64,000 bases of DNA from an uncultured Alphaproteobacteria bacterium (GTDB lineage Bacteria > Pseudomonadota > Alphaproteobacteria > Rhizobiales > Rhodomicrobiaceae), in the NCBI GenBank assembly GCA_963760455.1, contig CAVXDM010000040.1:20015-84014 (forward strand), written 5' to 3'. The position numbers and the translations under genes are program-made. Of the stretch, positions 40,980-50,803 are shown piece after piece (the first letter of the stretch is position 1; every line of letters starts with the position of its first letter). Under the pieces are notes generated by a model. That model did not search any database and had not been told where the DNA came from. It saw only the letters and a program-made list of their open reading frames with translations.

Positions 40980-41712
40980 TAGGCTGGTATTGGGCTCGCT
41001 GGCCCTGCTGCCGGCAAGTCTTCCGGCGCTGGCTGCGGAGAGCAAAATCCTCAGCCCGACGCATATGTGGAACGAGATCTGGACGGAAGTCCTGTACGAC
41101 CTGCTGCTGATCGGCGTGCCGTTCGGCTTGGCCGCGCTCTACATGATGATCCGCTACCGGGCGAAATCGCCGGGTCAGGTCGGCGAGGCAGTGAACCTCA
41201 GCCCAGCAGCCGTGTGGGGATGGATACTTATCCCTTGTGCATTGTTCCTGGCCGACGACCTCTTGCTGTTCGGTAAGGGCTGGACGCTTTGGAACGTACA
41301 GCGCGTTGTGCCGCAAAATGCCGTCGAAGTGAAGGTAACGGGCCATCAATGGTACTTCGACTTCGACTACGGCAATGGCGTCACCGATAGCGAGCTGGTT
41401 GTCGAGGTTGGCAAGCCTGTAGTGCTGCGCATGGCCTCCGACGACGTGATCCACTCGTTCGGCTTGACCGAGTACCGGCTGAAGGAAGACCTGATCCCTG
41501 GCCGTATTACTTACTTGTGGTTCCTCCCGGACGCACCGAAAGAGACCCAGGTCGATTGCATGGAGTTCTGCGGTACCGGCCATTCGCAAATGGCGACGAA
41601 GGTCCGCGCGCTTCCAACCGCCGATTACCAGGCTTGGCTTGGCAAGCATAAGAGTGCGTCCGCTAGCGATCTGAAATTCGCAAGCCAGTCCGATGGAACG
41701 GCGAGCAAGTAG
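40963..41712 (+). CDS. coxB: Cytochrome c oxidase subunit II (CuA, no fused cytochrome c domain).
   Basis: A signal peptide plus 2 TM helices, then a cupredoxin domain with the CuA ligands H...CMEFCGTGHSQM. Confidence 0.85.
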   Translation: MRKWRNRLVLGSLALLPASLPALAAESKILSPTHMWNEIWTEVLYDLLLIGVPFGLAALYMMIRYRAKSPGQVGEAVNLSPAAVWGWILIPCALFLADDLLLFGKGWTLWNVQRVVPQNAVEVKVTGHQWYFDFDYGNGVTDSELVVEVGKPVVLRMASDDVIHSFGLTEYRLKEDLIPGRITYLWFLPDAPKETQVDCMEFCGTGHSQMATKVRALPTADYQAWLGKHKSASASDLKFASQSDGTASK

Positions 41713-41730
41713 TTTAGAAGGGGAAGAACT

Positions 41731-43401
41731 ATGACGGCAGCTTCTTATAGCGACGCGCCAGCCCACTCCGGAGGGGGCATTGGAGCGTGGGTATTTACGA
41801 CGGACCATAAACGCGTCGGCATTCTCTATCTTATCGGTTCCATGGCTGCTTTTGTTGTGGCCGGCCTTATGGCGATCGGCATCCGGATCGAGCAGTTCTC
41901 GCCTGGCGAGTTTGGCGTGATGCAGTATTTCGTCGGCGACATCGGTAAGCAGATGACGACGGGCGATGCCTATAACACCGCGCTCTACTTCCACGGAGCC
42001 GCGATGATCCTGGGCTTCCTAATCCCGGGGCTCACGGGCTTCGCCGCGAACTATCTGGTTCCGACGATGATCGGCGCCAAGGACGTGGCCTTCCCGCGCA
42101 TCAACGCTCTGAGCGTCTGGCTGTTCTGGTGCGGCATCATCCTGGCACTCCTGACCTTCGTCATCCCGGACAAGCCGGACGTGATGTGGACGGGCTATCC
42201 GCCATATTCGATCAAGACGGCGGGCAACACCGCGCTCTACGTCTTTACCGTGCATCTGATCGGTTTCTCGTCGATCCTGGGCGCCGTGAACTTCATCACG
42301 ACGATCGTCTATATGCGCGCTCCTGGCATGGGCTGGAACCAGCTCAACATGTTCGTGTGGAGCATCCTGACGGGTCTGACCATTCAGCTCATCTTCGTTC
42401 CGATCCTTGCGGCCGCGGTTACGCTCCTGCTGCTCGACAAGTATGTTGGCACGGGCTTCTTCGACTCGTCGAGAGGCGGCGACCCGCTGCTCTATGAGAA
42501 CCTGTTCTGGTTCTACTCGCATCCTGCCGTGTACGTTATCTTCCTCCCCGCGATGGGCCTCGTATACGACATCGTGGCCACGATGGCGAAGAAGAACATC
42601 TTCAACTACAAGGCAGCGGTCTATGGCGGCATGTGCGGCCTGGTCGTGATCTCTGGCGAAGTCTGGATCCACCATCTCTACGTTGCCGGCATGCCGAACT
42701 GGCTGCGCATCGGCATGACCATGACGACGCTGTTGATCTCGCTGCCTGTGGGCCTGATGGTGCTGTCCCTTTGGGGCACGCTTTATAAGGGCGCCATCAC
42801 CTACAACGTGGCGATGCTCTATGCCGGCCTCTGCTTCGTGCTGCTGCTGTTCGGCGGTCTCACGGGCATTCCGCTCGCATTGGTGTCGATGACGGTGCAT
42901 TTTGCCCGGACCTCGTTCGTGCATGCGCACTTCCACTTCATCATGGCCTTGTTCGCTGCCTATGCGCTGTTCGGGTCGGTCTACTTCTGGTTCCCGGCCA
43001 TGACCGGCCGCACGGCCGACAACGCTGTGTCCAGGCTCGCGTTCTGGTTCAACCTCGTAGGCACCCAGCTAACCTTCTGGCCGCTGTTCATCATCGGCGT
43101 GGACGGTATGCCCCGGCGCTATTGGGATTACTCGGCCGAAGTTGTGGGCGCGGCGCGTTCGGAAAACTGGACGTTCTACCACCACCTCTCGACCTACGGC
43201 GCCGCGATCACCGCGGTGGGTATCTTCCTGATGATTACCGGCTGGGTTTATTCGGCCTTCTGGGGCGCGAAGGTCGGCAGGAATCCATGGGGCTCCAAGT
43301 CGCTTGAGTGGACCCATGCCAGCTATCCGATCGGACCCGGCAACTTCGACGAACCCGTTGTTGTGATCGCCGAGTGGACGCCCTACAATTACGCGAAGTA
43401 A
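41731..43401 (+). CDS. coxA: Cytochrome c oxidase subunit I (heme-copper oxidase, A-type).
   Basis: Intact 556-aa ORF with 12 TM helices and conserved His ligands (WFYSHPAVYVIFLP, ...HHLYVAGM). Confidence 0.9.
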   Translation: MTAASYSDAPAHSGGGIGAWVFTTDHKRVGILYLIGSMAAFVVAGLMAIGIRIEQFSPGEFGVMQYFVGDIGKQMTTGDAYNTALYFHGAAMILGFLIPGLTGFAANYLVPTMIGAKDVAFPRINALSVWLFWCGIILALLTFVIPDKPDVMWTGYPPYSIKTAGNTALYVFTVHLIGFSSILGAVNFITTIVYMRAPGMGWNQLNMFVWSILTGLTIQLIFVPILAAAVTLLLLDKYVGTGFFDSSRGGDPLLYENLFWFYSHPAVYVIFLPAMGLVYDIVATMAKKNIFNYKAAVYGGMCGLVVISGEVWIHHLYVAGMPNWLRIGMTMTTLLISLPVGLMVLSLWGTLYKGAITYNVAMLYAGLCFVLLLFGGLTGIPLALVSMTVHFARTSFVHAHFHFIMALFAAYALFGSVYFWFPAMTGRTADNAVSRLAFWFNLVGTQLTFWPLFIIGVDGMPRRYWDYSAEVVGAARSENWTFYHHLSTYGAAITAVGIFLMITGWVYSAFWGAKVGRNPWGSKSLEWTHASYPIGPGNFDEPVVVIAEWTPYNYAK

Positions 43402-43472
43402 TCTGGGCAACCTAAGCAACCGCGGCGCGCTTCTCCCGTGCCGCGGTTGTGTCCGTTCAAGAGGAACTCGAC

Positions 43473-43595
43473 CATGGCTCAACCCGAGCACAACAAGAAG
43501 CCCCGCAACCTGACCTTACCTTTGGTCATCTTGCTAGGCATATCCGCGCTCATGTATGTGAGCTTCGTCTACAAAGTCATCAAATTCGGCCCATA
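43473..43595 (+). CDS. 40-aa single-TM peptide (oxidase small subunit IV-like).
   Basis: MAQPEHNKKPRNLTLPLVILLGISALMYVSFVYKVIKFGP, with RBS AGAGGAA. It lies directly downstream of coxA. Confidence 0.5.
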
Positions 43596-43611
43596 GAGCA
43601 GTCCAGAGTAC

Positions 43612-44046
43612 ATGATCGAGATCCATACCCTTCCGCATATCCTCGCCGTCATCAACGTCGCCACCGTTATCGTGCTGCTGGCCAGCTACTGGTTTATCCA
43701 GCACGGCGATAGAGAACGCCATCGCGCCGGCATGCTGACCGCGGCCGTTCTTGGCGTCGCGTTCCTGGCGATCTACTTCACCTATCACTTCAACGCTGGG
43801 CTCGCGAAGTTCGGCGGCCATGGCACGGTCCGGCCCATTTACTTCACGCTGCTGCTGGTTCATATCCTTCTGGCGCTGGTTGTGGCCGCGCTGGTGCCGC
43901 TGACGTTGAAGCGGGGCCTGGGCGGCAGCATCGCGGCGCATCGCAAAGTCGCGAGCTGGGCGCTGCCGGTCTGGCTGTTCGTGTCGGTTTCCGGCGTCGT
44001 CGTCTATGTGATGGCAGTCCACATCTATCCCTATACGGGGGCGTAG
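43612..44046 (+). CDS. DUF420-family membrane protein (oxidase-cluster associated).
   Basis: 144-aa ORF with 4 TM helices. Its composition matches the DUF420/YozB proteins found in caa3 operons. Confidence 0.65.
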   Translation: MIEIHTLPHILAVINVATVIVLLASYWFIQHGDRERHRAGMLTAAVLGVAFLAIYFTYHFNAGLAKFGGHGTVRPIYFTLLLVHILLALVVAALVPLTLKRGLGGSIAAHRKVASWALPVWLFVSVSGVVVYVMAVHIYPYTGA

Positions 44047-44054
44047 AAGAACCG

Positions 44055-45505
44055 ATGACCGGCATATCTGGCACCGCCGCGCCGCGCGGCCTTGTTTCCG
44101 GGGCAACCAGCACGGCAATTGCCGGCATTCCCCAGGAGGAGCTTAGAGCGTGGGCGGCGCTGGCGATAGGATCGCTGGCTCTGGCGGGCATCATGGCGGT
44201 GCTGGTCGCGGTGTCGCGCATCCCGGGCATTCAGGCTTTCAGCCTTTGGCCGCTGGACTTCTTCCCCAAGGGCCTGGTGATCCATGTCATCTTCTCGTTA
44301 GTCGTCTGGTTCCTGACGGTTTTCGCGCTGCTGGTCTCCATGGCAACCGCGCAGGTGGCGGGGGAGGGCGTGCGTTTCGCCGCGCTTGGCGGTGTTGGGG
44401 CTATTGCCGCCGTATCCGCATACCCTTTGCTGTTTTTCACCGCGTTCGATCACTCAGCCGCGCCGTCGCTCAATAATTACGTGCCCGTCATCCAGCACCG
44501 CGCCTATTACGACGGCCTGGCGATCCTGGCGCTGGGCATAGCCTTGCCGGTGGCGCGCCTCCTGGCGAACATCCCTATGCGCTGGCGGCAGTGGAAAGAA
44601 ATGCCGCCGCTAGCCCAGGCGATGAGCGCCTGCTCGATCATTTATCTCATCGCGCTGATCTGCTTCGGCATCGCCACCTTCAAGTCTTTCGGCGCCACGC
44701 CCTCGAAGGAGCTGAACGAAGTGCTCTTCTGGGGCGGCGGCCACATGCTGCAGTTCCTATTCTGCCTGCTTCTGGTGACGGGTTGGTTCGTGCTCGCCCG
44801 CTCGACTTCTGGGCGAAGGCGTGATCGGAATCGATAGTTTGCGCGCCGCGGTGCTGATCCTCGTGGCGTTCGCGCTGCCCGGGCTCGTTTTCTTCTACAA
44901 GTTCGATATGAACGGACCGGTGTTCCGGGAGGCCTTCAGCAAACTTCAGTTCGTCATGGCGCTGCCAACGCTGATTGTTGGGGTGCCGATCCTGTTCGGA
45001 ATGGCGCGCGAGAAGGAGAAGGGGCCGCTGCCTTGGCAGAATCCCGGCTTCGTGGCGCTGGCTCTCTCCATGATCGTGTTCGGCGTTGGCGGCGTGATGG
45101 GCAATCTCATCTCCGGTTCCGACACGCGCACGCCCGCGCACTATCACGGCGTCATTACCGGGGTCAGCTTGGCCGCGGTCGGGCTGCTTTTGAGCTACTG
45201 CCTGCCGGCGCTCTGGCCGCGCGCCGCGAAATAGCCGCCTCCTGCGCATTCAAATCTGGCTCTACGGCGGCGGCCAGCTCGCGGCCTGCGTCGGCATGTT
45301 CCTCGCTGGCTCGCATGGCGCGCCGCGCAAGACGCCCACGAGCCTTGCCGCGCTCACGGACGGCGCCGTCATCGGCATGTTCCTGAACGGGATCGGAGGC
45401 CTGGTCGCGATCGCAGGTGGCGTGATGCTCGTCGTTACGGTCATTCGGGCCCTGTGGCCCAAACAGGCCGGAGCAGGTGCGCAGGGCAGCGCCGGAGCGA
45501 TTTAA
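44055..45505 (+). CDS. Polytopic membrane protein of about 480 aa and unknown function (two frame breaks near 44810 and 45235).
   Basis: Three consecutive frames carry a continuous TM-rich sequence (...LFWGGGHMLQF..., ...HYHGVITGVSLAAVG..., ...IQIWLYGGGQLAACVGMFLAG...). There are about 12 predicted helices and conserved His residues. Confidence 0.5.
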
Positions 45506-45900
45506 GCGTAAAGTGGCGGGCTATCGCTGCCGGGCCGATGCGTCTGCCGGCGGCACGGCGCTAGGCGCGCGCCTGCGCAAACCGCGTGCCAGACCGTAGC
45601 GGTTCCGCCATCGCCGCCTTGGGCAGAAAGCCAAGTTGCGGCAGTTGAGCAGAGTTCCCAAAAGTGGCCTTCCCGGTTCTGCGACAAAATCTGCCAAAAC
45701 AAAAGACTCTAAGCGGGCATTCGTTGGCCTGCTAAGGAATGTCTGCTTAAGTTCCTGACAAGCTATAAACATCGGCTTAAGCGGAAGGCGCGAAGTCTGC
45801 CGCCGCGAAGATGTTTCGTTTCCGCCAACAGTAAACGATCCCGAATCTAGCTGCCTGTGACCGGATATTGCGCTGCTGTGCGCGAGAAGCCACAGGTGGA

Positions 45901-45914
45901 TTGACATATATCAA
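45901..45914 (+). promoter_or_regulatory. FNR/FixK-type box TTGACATATATCAA (TTGA-N6-TCAA), about 90-135 bp upstream of the cyc2-like gene.
   Basis: Exact match to the anaerobox half-sites. It is nearly identical to the box at 38115. Confidence 0.45.
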
Positions 45915-46047
45915 AATTCGCGCACCCAGGCCGGGCTAAGTTGTCGCAGGGTAGGTTGGCAGCCGGGCAAAGCCAACTGTATAAATTGGGGGGGATTCCG
46001 ATGAGCGTGCAGCAACGTTCGCGCGTGCAAGCCGTGCTGGCAAATAT

Positions 46048-47477
46048 TTGCGCAGACCGGCTCCTGGCGCAATGCTACCCCTCGATTTGTGGCTTTCGCG
46101 TGGCGCGCTCGCAGCAGCCTCGCTTGCAGCGGTCAGTTTCATCGACGTTCCCACGGCCTCGGCGGTTCCTTCCTTACGCGCGCCAGACCGGGCAGCCCTG
46201 CGCCACCTGCCACACCGCCTTTCCCGAGCTGACGCCCTACGGCCGCCAATTCAAGCTCATGGGCTACACGTCGGGCGGCACACGCTGCAACGATGGCTCC
46301 GCGAAGTCGGACGAGACGCAAGTGCCGCTCGCGCTCATGTCGCTTGCCGACCACCAGACCATGGTCAAGAATTCGGCCAACCAGGCCGCCATGAGGGGCA
46401 GGCGTCCAACATCAGCAACGACGCCTGGTATCCTGGTCAGCAGAGCGTGTTCCTCGCCGGGCAGCTTTATTGCGATGTCGGTGCATTCGCTCAGGCGACC
46501 TACGACCCCGTCGGGCAATGCGTTCACTTGGGACAACGTCGATATCCGCTACGCAAAGACCGGCGTAATCAACGGCACGAGTATCGTTTACGGCATTACA
46601 GCCAATAACAATCCAACCGTCCAGGATGTGTGGAATACCGTCCCCGCTTGGGTCTTCCCCTTTATGGACACAGCGGTTGGTCCGGCGCCGGCCAATGGCA
46701 CCATGCTCGGTACAAGCTCCTACGGCCAGCAAGTTGGCGGCGTCGGTGCTTATGTCTGGATTAACAGTAGCATCTATGCCGAGATTTCGGCGTATGGCAG
46801 CCTGTCCCCGCGCATGCTCACTAATTGGAACGGGGGATACGATCCTGCCGCGTCGCGGTTAGATGGATCTGCCCCGTATTGGCGGCTGGCCTACGAAAAG
46901 ACCTGGGACAAGAATTCGCTCATGTTCGGCACCTTCGGCATGTACGCCAATCAGCGTACCGCCGGAGAGACTCACGCCAGCCGGAGTAAGCGATCCCACT
47001 CTGAATATCGGCGTGGACACGCAGTACCAGTGGATCGGCGAGCAGCATGCCGTCACGGTGCGGGCAGCCTATATCTGGCAGAGAAAGAAAAACAACGTAG
47101 AGATGGATGTCAACTCAGGGTTGAGCGCCGATAATCTTTACGACAATCTCAACGACTTCAATATATCTGCCAGCTACATTTATGACCGCAAGATTAGCTT
47201 TACTGCTGGCTATTTCAATACCTGGGGCACAACCGATATGGGCCTGTACGGCACGACCAATGGCTCGCCGGACTCCAGGTATTATAAATTCGACCTGGCC
47301 TATCTGCCCTTCATGAACGGCGGTCCCGACTTGTGGCCTTGGTTCAACGCCAGGATCGGCATCATGTACACTCACTACGACAAGTTCGATGGCACCTGGA
47401 ATGATGTCAACAGCCAGGTTGGCCTGAAGGCGGGCGGCAACGACCAGGTCTTCCTCTACACTTGGCTGATGTTCTAG
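46048..47477 (+). CDS. Cyc2-like fused monoheme cytochrome c / outer-membrane beta-barrel porin (candidate extracellular electron-transfer / iron oxidase). Four or more frame breaks.
   Basis: A signal-like N-terminus (MRRPAPGAMLPLDLWLSRGALAAASLAAVSF...TASA) is followed by a single CxxCH (QPCATCHTAFPELTPYGRQFKLMGY). Then come about 420 aa of alternating, aromatic-rich beta-strand sequence (SGNAFTWDNVDIRY, ...YVWINSSIYAEISAYG, ...ISFTAGYFNTWG). The protein ends in the porin-type aromatic terminus ...YTWLMF. Total length is about 475 aa. Confidence 0.6.
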
Positions 47478-47551
47478 CTGAAAAGCACACGAAGGAAATC
47501 TTCGGCGATGGCGCCGTAACAAGAAACGCATCTGGGGGCGGAGCATAGATC

Positions 47552-48187
47552 ATGAGGACCGGGGGATTAAGAGTAGCGTTGCAGGCGGCGGTCTTGGCGA
47601 TCTTCTTGCCAACCGCGGTCCAGGCAGCCGATATCGACGAAAAGATTGGCTATTGCCTCAACTGCCACGGCAGGCATCTCGAAGGATTTATCGGCTACTA
47701 CATCGCTCCTAGGCTCGCCGGGCAGCAAGCCGTGTATCTTGAGAACCAACTCGCGGCAATCGGCAAGCACACGCGCGACGACCCTAATGCCAAGCGGTTC
47801 ATGTGGCCGGTGCTGACGCATGGCGCGCCGCCTCTGTGGCCCAAGATCGCAAAGCGGCTGAGCGAGATGGACGCTCCTCCCGCTGCCGATGGCCCCAAGC
47901 GCCTTGTCGAGGCAGGCCGGAAGCTCTTTCAGGAAGGCGTTCCCGACGACAACATTCCCGCCTGCGCGGCGTGCCATGGCGAGGATGGCCACGGCAGCGA
48001 CCAGGTTCCGCGCGTCGCTGGCCAATTATATTCATACACCGTTGAAGCCCTGGGCGACTGGGTCAACGGCCATCGGGCGAAGGACCCAGTGTCTCCTGGA
48101 GATCCGAATACCATGCAGCCGATCGCCAAGAGCTTGAAGAAAGACCAGATCAGGGCCGTCGCCGCCTACCTCAGCTATCAGAAATAG
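47552..48187 (+). CDS. Diheme cytochrome c4-family protein (Cyc1-like), periplasmic.
   Basis: A signal peptide followed by CLNCHG and CAACHG. Confidence 0.8.
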   Translation: MRTGGLRVALQAAVLAIFLPTAVQAADIDEKIGYCLNCHGRHLEGFIGYYIAPRLAGQQAVYLENQLAAIGKHTRDDPNAKRFMWPVLTHGAPPLWPKIAKRLSEMDAPPAADGPKRLVEAGRKLFQEGVPDDNIPACAACHGEDGHGSDQVPRVAGQLYSYTVEALGDWVNGHRAKDPVSPGDPNTMQPIAKSLKKDQIRAVAAYLSYQK

Positions 48188-48217
48188 AGTGTCCCTGTCC
48201 AACCTGAAGCACCTAGT

Positions 48218-48904
48218 TTGAAAGCCAAGATTATGAAGCTCTTCAAGTTGACATTAGCGGTCCTGGCGATTGCGCCGCTTCTCGCGGTGGCGGGCAACGC
48301 GGAATCCCATAGGAACTGCCGGTCGCATCCGGGCGGGGAATGGCAAATCGATCCCGCCGAATATGTGGTGCGGAATTGCGCCTTTTGCCACGGGCCGGCC
48401 TTGGAAGGAAAGGCTGTCGCGCCCCGGCTTGCCGGACAGCACCAAGACTACATCGTCTACCAGTTGGAGCGGTTCAAGAATAAGTCCCGCAACAATCCGT
48501 TCTCCTTGAAATTCATGTCGCACGTCGCGGCGAAGGTGCTGCCGGATTCCTACTGCGAACTCGGCGCCTATATCTCAGGGATGCCCGCAGAGGCGGCCAA
48601 GGACGGCAACAAGGAGAACGTGGCCGCGGGCGAAGACATCTTTCTGCACGGGAAGCCGTCGAACAACCTTCCCGCCTGCCAGTTTTGCCACGGCCCCGAG
48701 GCGCAGGGCACCGGGAAATTCCCGCGGCTTGGCGGTCAGTCCTACTTTTATCTGAAGCGGCGGCTTGAGCAGTGGGCGGAAGGGTATGCCGTGGTTTCCC
48801 CGCACATGCCGGGCATCGTCGGCTTGATGACGCCCGAAGAGATCGAAGCGGTTGCCTCTTTCTTGAGCTTCCAGGAAGCGGCCCCGTCACGCGGAGAGTT
48901 CTAA
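48218..48904 (+). CDS. Diheme cytochrome c4-family protein (second paralog), periplasmic.
   Basis: A signal peptide followed by CAFCHG and CQFCHG. Confidence 0.8.
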   Translation: MKAKIMKLFKLTLAVLAIAPLLAVAGNAESHRNCRSHPGGEWQIDPAEYVVRNCAFCHGPALEGKAVAPRLAGQHQDYIVYQLERFKNKSRNNPFSLKFMSHVAAKVLPDSYCELGAYISGMPAEAAKDGNKENVAAGEDIFLHGKPSNNLPACQFCHGPEAQGTGKFPRLGGQSYFYLKRRLEQWAEGYAVVSPHMPGIVGLMTPEEIEAVASFLSFQEAAPSRGEF

Positions 48905-49136
48905 GCAAAACCCCCCTAATAATAAACTGCCCAGCTTAGAGATAAATGGACCGCTCCGTGAACAACGCAGCGGTCTTTTTTTTGGGGGGGCGCGCTATGC
49001 TGGGTGCGGCTGATCGTTTTGCGCACCGCAGGCGTGGACCGCAAGGGCAATTCCCGTGGCAGCGCCGTCTCCGCGAAGGCTGATACCAACTGCTTCGATG
49101 GGGCTCATACCAAGCCCATAAGTCGCGACCGCTTCC

Positions 49137-49233
49137 GTCATTGCGAGGGGCGAAGCCCAGAAGCAATCCAGAGGCCGGAATTGCACCGCAAATTCTGGAT
49201 CGCCACGGCGGCCGGAAGCCGCCTCGCGACGGG
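49137..49233. repeat. Family-3 palindromic repeat (gtcattgcgaGgggcgaagccc..aagcaatccag ... ctggatcgccacggcggcc...gcctcgcgacg).
   Basis: It is near-identical to the copy at 50705-50803, and a related copy is at 63824-63926. Confidence 0.8.
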
Positions 49234-49289
49234 GAGCGTGCGGGAAGTCCCGGCCGCCGCGCCTTAACGCAACGTGTGTTTCGCCTAAG

Positions 49290-49560
49290 CACCGGTCATG
49301 GTAAATTCAGCTATGGTAAACGCCGGGAATTCATGCGTTCAAACCGCGCTTTTTTGCGAATCTTTTCTCGTTTCCGGTCAAATTCCACTTCCCAGAAATC
49401 CCGTTAAATATACGGGAATATTTGAAGTTTACCATGTTCCGGCAAGCATCGGCGCCGAAGCGCTGTGACGGTGCAGTGTTAGCTGTATAAATATCAATAG
49501 CATAGCCACTTAACGCTTGCTCAATGTATCCGTGCTATATTACTTCAAAATCGCAGAGCG
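49290..49560 (+). repeat. AT-rich element of about 270 bp, copy B.
   Basis: It shares the blocks ggtaaacgc, ttttttgc, cccgttaaatata and gctatattacttcaaaatcg with copy A. An internal inverted repeat atggtaaac/gtttaccat is present. Confidence 0.6.
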
Positions 49561-49707
49561 CTCCTTCCTGCTCCGCAACAGCGCCGGCGGGCTATCCGGG
49601 AGCGTTAATATATGGTTTGCGCGTGGCGCTCGCGAGGGTTTGGTTTGCACATGAGACAAGCCCTCATCATAGTGCCGGGCGCCTACGAGCATTGAGCGGA
49701 GACAGAC

Positions 49708-50058
49708 TTGACCGTTACCATTTATCACAACCCCGCCTGCGGGACGTCGCGGAACACCCTTGCCACGATCCGGGAGAAGGCGGGTGAACCCGAAATCGTC
49801 GAGTATTTGAAGACGCCGCCGAGCCGCCAGAGGCTGGCGGAACTGCTGGCCCTCATGAAGATGACGCCGCGCGAGCTGCTGCGTCAGAGGGGGACGCCTT
49901 ATGCGGAGCTTGGCCTTGGCGACCCGAAATGGACGGACGATGAGCTGGTCGGTTTCATGGTGGCCCATCCAATCCTCATCGAGCGCCCGATTGTGGTGAC
50001 GGAGAAGGGTGCCAGGCTTTGCCGCCCGGCGGAGAAGGTGCTGGAAATCCTGCCGTAG
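49708..50058 (+). CDS. arsC: Arsenate reductase, glutaredoxin-coupled ArsC/Spx family (TTG start).
   Basis: TVTIYHNPACGTSRNTLATI carries the catalytic Cys in the canonical position. Confidence 0.8.
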   Translation: MTVTIYHNPACGTSRNTLATIREKAGEPEIVEYLKTPPSRQRLAELLALMKMTPRELLRQRGTPYAELGLGDPKWTDDELVGFMVAHPILIERPIVVTEKGARLCRPAEKVLEILP

Positions 50059-50107
50059 CCGGCGGTCCGGCCGGTGGCCCTCAGCGTCAAGCAACGGGGG
50101 CTCCCGC

Positions 50108-50623
50108 TCAGGCTTGCGGCGCGCCTGCGAAAGCGAAGCGGGCCTTGATCCGCTCGAAAAGCTGATCGCGCACCGCCCGGTAGGCGCCCAGGATTTGCTC
50201 GCGGTTGCCGGCGGCGGCCGAGGGGTCGACGGTCGGCCAGTATTCGACATCGGCGGCCATGGTGCGCGTCAGTTCGAGGGCCTTGTGATGAGCCTCAGGT
50301 GCCAGCGTCACGATGAGATCGAAGGAGGTGTCGTCAAGGTCCTCGATGGCGATGGGCCGATGCTTGGCGATGTCGATGCCGATTTCGTCCATCGCCGCGA
50401 CCGCGAACGGGTCGGTCTCGCCCGGGCGCACCCCGGCGGACTGCACGTAGATTCGCTTGCCGGCCAGGAAGCGCAAAATTGCGGCGGCCATCGGCGAGCG
50501 GATCGCGTTCATATTGCAGGCGAAAAGCACGGCATGCGGTTGCTCAACGAACTTCCCTCCCTCGGGGGATGCCTCCAGCGAGAGACGGTCTTGAAATGGC
50601 AATGGAAGCTCAGCGCCGCTCAA
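50108..50623 (-). CDS. Low-molecular-weight protein-tyrosine-phosphatase / LMW-PTP-type arsenate reductase.
   Basis: P-loop VLFACNMNAIRSPMAAAIL (CX5R). Confidence 0.75.
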   Translation of the reverse strand: MSGAELPLPFQDRLSLEASPEGGKFVEQPHAVLFACNMNAIRSPMAAAILRFLAGKRIYVQSAGVRPGETDPFAVAAMDEIGIDIAKHRPIAIEDLDDTSFDLIVTLAPEAHHKALELTRTMAADVEYWPTVDPSAAAGNREQILGAYRAVRDQLFERIKARFAFAGAPQA

Positions 50624-50704
50624 TCAACCGATCCGCCATTTCGCTAGAGGGCTGCCAGGCTAGCACAGCCGTTACACCAACCGACATAAGTTTCGACCCT
50701 TTTC

Positions 50705-50803
50705 CGTCATTGCGATGGGCGAAGCCCCGAAGCAATCCAGGAGCTGGAGGCGCTGCGGCAGTTCCTGGATCGCCACGGCGGCCAGGGCCGCCTCGCGATG
50801 ACG
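50705..50803. repeat. Family-3 palindromic repeat.
   Basis: ccgtcattgcgatgggcgaagccccgaagcaatccag...ctggatcgccacggcggccagggccgcctcgcgatgacg. Confidence 0.8.
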
